DNA from: Spirochaetota bacterium | GTDB taxonomy: Bacteria > Spirochaetota > UBA6919 > CBDBPB01 | Length of the DNA: 64,000 nucleotides | Assembly (NCBI GenBank): GCA_965208615.1 | Contig: CBDBPB010000004.1 | Coordinates: 256,001-320,000 of the forward strand | Direction: 5' to 3' | In this document: piece after piece, positions 29,576-36,981 of the stretch | Numbering within the stretch: position 1 is the first letter of the stretch | Layout of the letters: each line of letters begins with the position of its first letter | Made by a program: the position numbers and the translations under genes | The notes under the pieces: model-generated | Seen by the model: only the letters and a program-made list of their open reading frames with translations | What the model was told of the DNA's origin: nothing | Databases searched by the model: none

Positions 29576-29878
29576 ATGAAACAATACATAACTAAAATGA
29601 GCTTTATGACTAAAAGATTTATATGGTGGGGCTTTGCTATTATATTCTTTCAGTCCGGATTAGACTTTACTATTTTAATCTTTGAGGCTAATAGCTTTCA
29701 AGGAGGCTTTCATTGGCTGTTTGCATTAATGTTCCCTTTTTTAGTACCGGTATTTTTTATAGCTGGTAAATATTTAGGATGCTCTAGTAAATACTGTAAT
29801 TCTGAAGGATGTAATACACCATCCCTTAACAAAAAGAATAATAATATCATTAGCTCATATAAAATGCCAAATATTTAA
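29576..29878 (+). CDS. Small membrane protein with a Cys-rich tail
   Basis: AAGGAG RBS, two hydrophobic segments, then LGCSSKYCNSEGC. Confidence 0.65.
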   Translation: MKQYITKMSFMTKRFIWWGFAIIFFQSGLDFTILIFEANSFQGGFHWLFALMFPFLVPVFFIAGKYLGCSSKYCNSEGCNTPSLNKKNNNIISSYKMPNI

Positions 29879-29886
29879 CTATCTAA

Positions 29887-29953
29887 GTAAAAGAAGATGC
29901 TAACAACAAAAAGGACCTATCAAGGAGAGTTGCTAACACCTTCATGCTTTTAC
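29887..29953 (-). ncRNA. Candidate structured RNA (long hairpin)
   Basis: 15-bp stem GAAGGUGUUAGCAAC/GUUGUUAGCAUCUUC with three G-U pairs that form only on the minus strand. 21-nt loop and an outer GUAAAA/UUUUAC helix. Confidence 0.4.
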
Positions 29954-30218
29954 CTTTAATAAATTATATCGGCAAAACTAAAGTAAAACATAATAGCTAC
30001 TAATAAATATAGTCAATATGCTAATAATATTTTTATATTCGATAGTAAACATAATAACAGGTATTTTACATTTCTTTGTAGAAAAAGAAAATACTTAAAA
30101 GACTTGCTATTCCACAAAGAAATAAAATTACTCATCAGCCATAAAAAGTGCCTGTCTAACTTAAAACGCTTTTTATTATATTTATCAGAACGCTTTAACA
30201 GTTAACAACGAGGAACTC

Positions 30219-31226
30219 ATGGTTAAAAAAATTGTAATAATAATTATATCCGTAATAATAGGTCAACTAATATTATATGGAAAAGATAATAAAATAAAAT
30301 TACCGTATAACTTCTTGCCATCTGTTAAAATAGCTACCATGAACCTAAAAGCTTTAATAAGCCATAGAGCAGAAGTCCTTGGATCAAGAGGATATACCTT
30401 TAAAAATACATTCCTAAATAAAGAAATGCTAAAAAGACCATGGTATAAAAAACAAGATAAACCCTTAAATAACTTTTCTATTAAAGAAAAAAAATATATT
30501 AGCAGACTAACCAAACAAATAAAACAAATAAAAAAACTACTACTAATCAAAAGAAGAATACAACTAAAAAGATTACTAAAAAACTCAATGATTATCAAAT
30601 TCGACCTACTAGCCGACCTCAATGCCAATGGCTATCACGAATATATTGCCATTTGCTCAACCAAGTTTAATAACATATCCAAAAAAAAACTTAGGCAAAG
30701 TGAAGGATATCAAACATATTACACTAGGTCAAATAAGCTTTATCTTATGGTATTATTAAAAAATAACAATAAAACAATACTCTCGCATATTAAAATATCT
30801 AAAATGCCTTTTGGTATAGCAGAATATATAAGCGACTTTCAAACAGGCTATTACCTCGATAATGGCATGGAACAAATTAAAATAATTGTCCACACTTTTC
30901 AACTCAAAAATCAAGTGAATAAAAAACACTTTCAGTTTATGTATTTATTCTCTCTTAACAAAAAAAGACTAGCCAATATTTTTTCTTATCCAATTTACTC
31001 CTCTCATATAAAAGGAGATCAAGAAAAAATAATTGAGTATAACGTAAAATTTAAAAATATTGAAGGTAGAAAACAAAATGAAATTATACTCTCTAAACAA
31101 ATTACTAAAAGAAATTATAACTATAATATCTCACCACAAAAACCAAATTATCAAACAAAAGTATACAAAGGAAAACAAATATACTTTGTATATGATAAAT
31201 TTATAAACGCTTATAAAAAAAAATAA
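30219..31226 (+). CDS. Hypothetical exported basic protein
   Basis: GAGG RBS, N-terminal signal/anchor, DLNANGYHEY (DxDxDG-like) motif. Confidence 0.7.
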   Translation: MVKKIVIIIISVIIGQLILYGKDNKIKLPYNFLPSVKIATMNLKALISHRAEVLGSRGYTFKNTFLNKEMLKRPWYKKQDKPLNNFSIKEKKYISRLTKQIKQIKKLLLIKRRIQLKRLLKNSMIIKFDLLADLNANGYHEYIAICSTKFNNISKKKLRQSEGYQTYYTRSNKLYLMVLLKNNNKTILSHIKISKMPFGIAEYISDFQTGYYLDNGMEQIKIIVHTFQLKNQVNKKHFQFMYLFSLNKKRLANIFSYPIYSSHIKGDQEKIIEYNVKFKNIEGRKQNEIILSKQITKRNYNYNISPQKPNYQTKVYKGKQIYFVYDKFINAYKKK

Positions 31227-31254
31227 AACTATTAAAAATAAACAGGATAATAAA

Positions 31255-32529
31255 ATGTTGGATATAAACTATATAATCGAAAACTATAAAAAAGTTAAAG
31301 ATGCCGCTGTTAATAAAAATCTAACTGTTGATATAGAAAAAATAATATCCCTAAATAACGAGCGGAAACAACTTATTAAAGAAGTCGACAAACTTAGAAC
31401 TAAACGTAATAACATAGCAAAAGATATTCAAAAATTAAAAGGAGAAGAAAAAAAAGAAAAAATTGACTCCGGAAAAGAAATTAAATCTATGCTTTCATCA
31501 CTAGAACCTAAATTAGATAAACTAAAGCTAAAATTAAAAGAACTTATGTTAAAAGTCCCAAGCGTACCCCTTAATAGTGTACCCATAGGTAAGGACGATA
31601 ATGATAACGTAGAAATAAAAAAATGCGGTTCACCTAAAAACTTTGACTTTAACTTTAAAGATCACGTTAAACTGGGAGAAATACTCAATATTATAGATAT
31701 ACCAAAAGGAGTTAAAATAGCAGGTAGTAAAAACTACTTCCTTAAAAATGAAGGCTGTCTTTTAGAATGGGCTGTATGCCAATATGCATTAAATTATCTA
31801 GTTAAAAAAGGCTTTACTCCTTTAACCGTACCCCTAATGGTAAAAGCAGATGCTATGGTAGGTACCGGGTATTTTCCTGGAGGAGAAGAACAAACATATA
31901 CCATAGAAAAAGATAAGCTATACCTTATAGGAACATCAGAAGTATCATCCTGCTCATACTATAAAGACGAAATCCTTAATGAAAAAGACTTACCTATAAA
32001 ATTAGTTAGCCTATCAACCTGCTTTAGGCGTGAAGCAGGTACATACGGTAAAGATAGCTATGGATTATATAGAATACACCAGTTCCAAAAAGTAGAACAA
32101 GTTATAATATGTAAAAATAGTGTTGAGGAATCTGAAAAACTACACGAAGAACTACTAAACAATGCAGAGGAGTTTTTACAATCTTTAAACCTAGCCTATA
32201 GAGTGGTTAACGTTTGTACAGGTGATCTTGGTATGGGACAGGTCTTTAAAAAAGATATAGAAACCTGGATGCCATCAAGACAAAACTATGGTGAAACTCA
32301 TTCCTGTTCAATGTTCCATGACTTTCAGGCAAGAAGACTAAATATTAAATATAAAGATAAAAATGGCAACTTAGAATACGTTCACACATTAAATAATACC
32401 TGTATAGCATCCCCTCGCATACTAATACCCCTATTAGAGAACTTTCAAAATAAAGATAACAGCATTAATATACCTATACCACTACAGCCATACCTAAATG
32501 GACAAACACAAATAAAACCTAAAAATTAA
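31255..32529 (+). CDS. serS: Serine--tRNA ligase
   Basis: N-terminal coiled arm (MLDI), LIGTSE, CFRREAG, GLYRIHQFQKVEQ, ETHSCS, HTLNNT. Confidence 0.97.
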   Translation: MLDINYIIENYKKVKDAAVNKNLTVDIEKIISLNNERKQLIKEVDKLRTKRNNIAKDIQKLKGEEKKEKIDSGKEIKSMLSSLEPKLDKLKLKLKELMLKVPSVPLNSVPIGKDDNDNVEIKKCGSPKNFDFNFKDHVKLGEILNIIDIPKGVKIAGSKNYFLKNEGCLLEWAVCQYALNYLVKKGFTPLTVPLMVKADAMVGTGYFPGGEEQTYTIEKDKLYLIGTSEVSSCSYYKDEILNEKDLPIKLVSLSTCFRREAGTYGKDSYGLYRIHQFQKVEQVIICKNSVEESEKLHEELLNNAEEFLQSLNLAYRVVNVCTGDLGMGQVFKKDIETWMPSRQNYGETHSCSMFHDFQARRLNIKYKDKNGNLEYVHTLNNTCIASPRILIPLLENFQNKDNSINIPIPLQPYLNGQTQIKPKN

Positions 32530-32864
32530 GAAACTATACCATCATCATCATGAGCCTCAACCAGCATACCAGGAAAAAGACTCCTTAGCTCATTAATAGC
32601 TTCTAAAAATTGAGGTTTATCTTTATTTTCATCAATAGCTAGCTCTTGAAAAAGAGTAATACGCTTTCCATCTTTTCTAGGCCCTTCATCTTCATAAGTC
32701 TCAGCCACGTTTTGAAACTCATTAGACCTACTGTCAATAGGTTTATAATTATCTTTTAACAAAGACGAATTCCATTTTGCAATATGACTATCAAGTTTTA
32801 CCTGCTCTTCTTGGGTAAAATCATTTTCACGGAATCCTAATAGATAAACACGGTAATCCCTCAT
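32526..32864 (-). CDS. Hypothetical acidic protein
   Basis: 112-aa ORF with a GGAGG RBS. Confidence 0.65.
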   Translation of the reverse strand: MRDYRVYLLGFRENDFTQEEQVKLDSHIAKWNSSLLKDNYKPIDSRSNEFQNVAETYEDEGPRKDGKRITLFQELAIDENKDKPQFLEAINELRSLFPGMLVEAHDDDGIVS

Positions 32865-32988
32865 ACTTCCTCCGGGATATTGTCCATTTATATAGACTAA
32901 TATATTTTAAAAGAATTATCAACTGCTTTTTAGTTTTTATACTCTTAACATAAAAAAATATTTAATAAATCCGCCATATTTAGGCTTG

Positions 32989-33888
32989 CTATTCTTTTTT
33001 AATTAACTTTCCTTTAATAGAATAAGTATAGACCTTAATCCTACCCTCTTTATCATAGTTATATATTTCATAAAAATCTGGTTTTCCGTTTTCTTTATAG
33101 AAAGTAGTTTTCCACTTTTGCCCGTTTTTATATTCATCTACATACTTAAATAACACAGAGTTTAGCTTATACTGCTCAACTTTAACTTTATTTTCATTAT
33201 CGTCAAAATATGTTTTTGAAGAAAGAAAATTATTATTGTTATAAACAAACATAAACTTAAGAATACCTTTTTTTGTGTATTCTCTTTTCATATAGTAAAT
33301 TAAAGAGTCCTGATTGTTTTTGATTATATAATAACTTTCTTTTATTAATCTATTTTTATTGTCATAAATATATTTTTTTTTAACCTTTTCGTTATCAAAT
33401 AATGAAGCCTGCTTTTCTTCGATTATATTACCCTTTTTATCATAAAGAAAAATGTGGTATCTATCTGGTTCACCTAACTCATTATAAAACTGTTCCTTAG
33501 CCAGTTTTCCTTTATTATAAAATCTAGCAAATATACGTTCACCATCATAGTTAAAGCCCTCAGCACGTACCTTATATTTATCCTTATAAAAAAAGTTAAC
33601 ATAGCTATTACGTTTTCCATATTCATCATAACTTTCCTGCTTAATACTACGCCCATTTTTATCATAATATACCCTAATATGATCCTTATTTTTAGCCTCA
33701 TCCTCAGTTAACAAGCCTAAATAAGTAACACTGCTATCCATGGCAATGCTAAGATCTTTATAATATAAAACTTTTACCCATTTATCCTTTTTTTTAGCAG
33801 GAGGTATAATGGTACTATCATCCTCATCCACACTGCAAAATGAAAATACTATTGTCAATATACTAAATAAATAACCTAGTCTTTTCAT
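32989..33888 (-). CDS. Lipoprotein with YD/MORN-like beta-hairpin repeats
   Basis: Spirochaetal-style lipobox VFSF-C; repeated YYDKNG, YDEYG, YNELG, YDKKG units. Starts 2 nt after the tldE stop. Confidence 0.7.
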   Translation of the reverse strand: MKRLGYLFSILTIVFSFCSVDEDDSTIIPPAKKKDKWVKVLYYKDLSIAMDSSVTYLGLLTEDEAKNKDHIRVYYDKNGRSIKQESYDEYGKRNSYVNFFYKDKYKVRAEGFNYDGERIFARFYNKGKLAKEQFYNELGEPDRYHIFLYDKKGNIIEEKQASLFDNEKVKKKYIYDNKNRLIKESYYIIKNNQDSLIYYMKREYTKKGILKFMFVYNNNNFLSSKTYFDDNENKVKVEQYKLNSVLFKYVDEYKNGQKWKTTFYKENGKPDFYEIYNYDKEGRIKVYTYSIKGKLIKKE

Positions 33889-33890
33889 AG

Positions 33891-35195
33891 TTAACCCTTT
33901 GAAGAAATTGAAACCTTATCCAAAAGGGCATAGGGATAAAATCCACTTGCCTCTCTATAAAGCTTATCACCTATAGCTAAAACCTTAGTCAATGCCTTAA
34001 ATACGTTTCCACTCATCATAACGTCCTTAACCCTACCGAGAATCTTTCCATTTTCAATCTTAAACGCTAAATCAAGATTCATAGAAAACTCTCCAGCTAA
34101 TACATTACTCTGTCCAGCACCAATAAACTGGTCGACCAATAAGCCCTCATCTACACTAGATAATAAAGCCTCATAACTATCACTACCAGGCTCTAAAACA
34201 ATATTCCTAAATCCAGGATATGGAGTGCTAGAATATCCCCTTAAACCATTACCAGTAGAGCTCTTATTCAATAAACCAGCTGTTTGGAGGTCATATATAA
34301 AACCATTAAGCACCCCTTTATTAAATAATATATTCCTCTTAGTTTTAGTACCCTCTCCATCAAAAGGTGCACTAGCTAAACCATCCCTTATAGTACCATC
34401 ATCAACTATAGTAATATCCTTAGATATAAGCTTTTGATTAAGCTTGTTAGAAAGGGGAGATATTCCCTTTTGAATACTTTTTCCATTTAGACCGCTGGTA
34501 AGAATTGTTATTAAAACTCTAAATGCCCTTGGCGTAAAGATAACCTTATAATTACCCGTCTTAATATTATAATTTTTAGAAGCTAAACTAAACTTATCTA
34601 AAATATCAAAAATAAGCCTATCAATATTATAATCATCTATAAAAGGACGTAGTCTAACCTTTGAGCTATATATAGACAGTAATTGATCATCCTTAGCAAT
34701 AATACCACTTATACCTATAGAAAAAAATGACTTTTTATAATTATGAAAAAAACCCTCGGATGTCTTAAGATATACTTGATGTATCTCTTTAGTAATCTCA
34801 GTATCCACCTTAATATTACTATTATATTCTTTTATTTTGTTAATAATATATTGTCCAATATCAATGATGGTATTAGTTTTTAACCCTTCTACTTCGGAAT
34901 AGTATAAGGTATTATTATTTAGATTATTATTACTTTTAGCAAAAGTAAAACATGCCTTTTCTCCAAACTTAGCACTCTCTAATGCCCTTTTTATTAGCCT
35001 ATCATCGCTTAGGTCGTTTGAAAAAGAAAAACCAATTTTTCCATTATGAATAACCCTAAGCCCAATACCCTGTGAATAACTATTCTCAATCTTTTTAAAG
35101 CTACCCTGCTCAAATATAACAGAGAGTTCTTCGCCAAGACATTTAATAATTTCAATATCCTTTTGTTTATCAAAGCCTATATTAAAAATATCCAT
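33891..35195 (-). CDS. pmbA: TldE/PmbA family protein
   Basis: Motifs GIGLRV, VIFTPRA, PFDGEG, STGNG, GEFS; no HExxH. Confidence 0.9.
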   Translation of the reverse strand: MDIFNIGFDKQKDIEIIKCLGEELSVIFEQGSFKKIENSYSQGIGLRVIHNGKIGFSFSNDLSDDRLIKRALESAKFGEKACFTFAKSNNNLNNNTLYYSEVEGLKTNTIIDIGQYIINKIKEYNSNIKVDTEITKEIHQVYLKTSEGFFHNYKKSFFSIGISGIIAKDDQLLSIYSSKVRLRPFIDDYNIDRLIFDILDKFSLASKNYNIKTGNYKVIFTPRAFRVLITILTSGLNGKSIQKGISPLSNKLNQKLISKDITIVDDGTIRDGLASAPFDGEGTKTKRNILFNKGVLNGFIYDLQTAGLLNKSSTGNGLRGYSSTPYPGFRNIVLEPGSDSYEALLSSVDEGLLVDQFIGAGQSNVLAGEFSMNLDLAFKIENGKILGRVKDVMMSGNVFKALTKVLAIGDKLYREASGFYPYALLDKVSISSKG

Positions 35196-35209
35196 TTTAT
35201 TTACCAGTT

Positions 35210-36571
35210 TTATTTACCAGCTACTACAACATCCCCAACTAAAATATGAGGAGCCCCAATAGTAACAGGAAGTCCATTTTGTCCCGCTTTACCACAACCA
35301 CCAAGACCTCCAAAATGCCTTAGATCATTGCCAATAGCCTTAATATTCTTAAGAGTATTAAAAACATTTCCAGTTAAAACCACATCACGTAATAACCTTT
35401 TAATTTTACCACCCTTTACTTCATATGCTCTTCCAGCAGTAAAAGTAAACATTTCTAAATTAGTCATTCCTCCAAGAAAGTCAATACAATAAACTCCATC
35501 GCCCATAATACTTAAGAGCTGTTCAAAGGTATAGTCCCCTTTATCAATAAAAGTATTAGTCATTCTTACAATAGGGGGATATAATGGATTAATTGCTCTT
35601 GCATTACCAGATAAGCCTTCTCTTAGCTTATAAGCGGTTTCCCGGGAGTTAAGTCTTCCAAATAACCTACCATCCTTAATTAAATAAGTTTTTTTTCCTT
35701 TAATACCCTCATCATCATAAGGCGTATGCCCAGCTAAACCCTCTATGGTAGCATCATCTATAATATTTAGCTTATTAGAAGCAAATTCTCTTCCTATAGT
35801 CATCATTTTTTGTATATCTTCGTTCTCATAAATAAAATCAGACTCAGATAGATGTCCAAATGCCTCATGAGCAAATACACCAGCCATCTTAGGGTCAAGA
35901 ATTACATTATAAACTCCCTTTTCAACCTGTTTAGCGGATAACAAATCAATAGCGTTTTTAGAAACCTTATCACAATAAGACTCTTTATCCTCTACCACGT
36001 CAAAGCCATAATAACCAGCATCAGAATAAGATGAATGTTGAATATTCATATCATCCTTTGCCATGGCAGATAATGATATACCAGTAAAAAGTTTTTCTAT
36101 CTCAATAGAACTGCCTTCAGAATTAACAAAATACGACCTTTTAAGTTCATCTTTATAGCTCACCCTAGAACTATTAATTTTGTTATGTGCCAATATTCTA
36201 TTGTTATACCCCTCCATAAGATTAACCTTCTCATCCAGGGGGATTTCATTAGAGTTTTTTTCATTAGAATATTTAAGTGATTTTTTTATAACTCCCTCAG
36301 ACTTTAATAGAGAGTTTTTTTTGCTGTTAAAATATTTAAGATTATCCAGGGCCTTTTTAATATGTTTTTCAATATCTTTATCGTTAAAAGATATAAATGA
36401 CCAATCCCCATTCTTAAACACCCTAACATTACCAGAGGATACTTTAGCAGATCCAACATTATCAAGTTCTTTTCCGAGATATCCTATATAGTTAAATTCT
36501 TTTTCTTCAAAGTGAATTTCTATATAATTATCCGAATATTTATTTATTACCTTTTCTAATAGTTCTTTCAT
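35210..36571 (-). CDS. tldD: TldD metalloprotease
   Basis: HEAFGH zinc motif, YDDEG, SGNARA, RMTNT, CGKAGQ...GAPH. ATG at 36571 preferred as start. Confidence 0.93.
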   Translation of the reverse strand: MKELLEKVINKYSDNYIEIHFEEKEFNYIGYLGKELDNVGSAKVSSGNVRVFKNGDWSFISFNDKDIEKHIKKALDNLKYFNSKKNSLLKSEGVIKKSLKYSNEKNSNEIPLDEKVNLMEGYNNRILAHNKINSSRVSYKDELKRSYFVNSEGSSIEIEKLFTGISLSAMAKDDMNIQHSSYSDAGYYGFDVVEDKESYCDKVSKNAIDLLSAKQVEKGVYNVILDPKMAGVFAHEAFGHLSESDFIYENEDIQKMMTIGREFASNKLNIIDDATIEGLAGHTPYDDEGIKGKKTYLIKDGRLFGRLNSRETAYKLREGLSGNARAINPLYPPIVRMTNTFIDKGDYTFEQLLSIMGDGVYCIDFLGGMTNLEMFTFTAGRAYEVKGGKIKRLLRDVVLTGNVFNTLKNIKAIGNDLRHFGGLGGCGKAGQNGLPVTIGAPHILVGDVVVAGK

Positions 36572-36607
36572 AATCAACCCTGTTAAAAGGTATAATAGTT
36601 ATACAAA

Positions 36608-36636
36608 AACATACAAAAAAAGAGTTTCTTTGTCAA
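36608..36636 (-). promoter_or_regulatory. sigma70-type promoter for the tldD operon
   Basis: TTGACA-17 nt-TATGTT on the minus strand. Confidence 0.5.
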
Positions 36637-36862
36637 CACGTTTAACAGCTATAGTAAATAATATTAGAAATATACTATTATAATTATAACTAACTAATTA
36701 ATAACTTATTTTATAAGTTATCCTTATATTACTATGTTTTATATATACTATGTTATGCATATAAAGTCAACATGTTGTTAATCAGCCTAATAACGAAAAT
36801 AACTATCGTTAACTAAAACTTGCATAATAGTCTTATCTTATAATATTACTAACAAAAACAGC

Positions 36863-36891
36863 TTGAAAATTGTTGTAGTTTTTATTAATAT
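36863..36891 (+). promoter_or_regulatory. sigma70-type promoter for the NERD-TPR gene
   Basis: TTGAAA-17 nt-TAATAT, just upstream of the 26-bp repeats. Confidence 0.45.
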
Positions 36892-36902
36892 GTAGATTGC
36901 TT

Positions 36903-36980
36903 TATAGTATCAACAAAAATGGCTTAAATATAGTATCAACAAAAATGGCTTAAATATAGTATCAACAAAAATGGCTTAAA
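36903..36980 (+). repeat. Three exact 26-bp tandem repeats (TATAGTATCAACAAAAATGGCTTAAA)
   Basis: Copies start at 36903, 36929 and 36955 with no spacers; the array ends 1 nt before the ATG at 36982. Confidence 0.95.
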
Positions 36981-36981
36981 T

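Noticed and set aside
29965-30000. c-di-GMP-I riboswitch suggested by GGCAAAAC
   Set aside because: The GNRA tetraloop/receptor and second stem of the GEMM motif are absent.
36903-36980. 26-bp repeats as a CRISPR array
   Set aside because: The copies are directly adjacent with no spacers, and there are no cas genes in the window.
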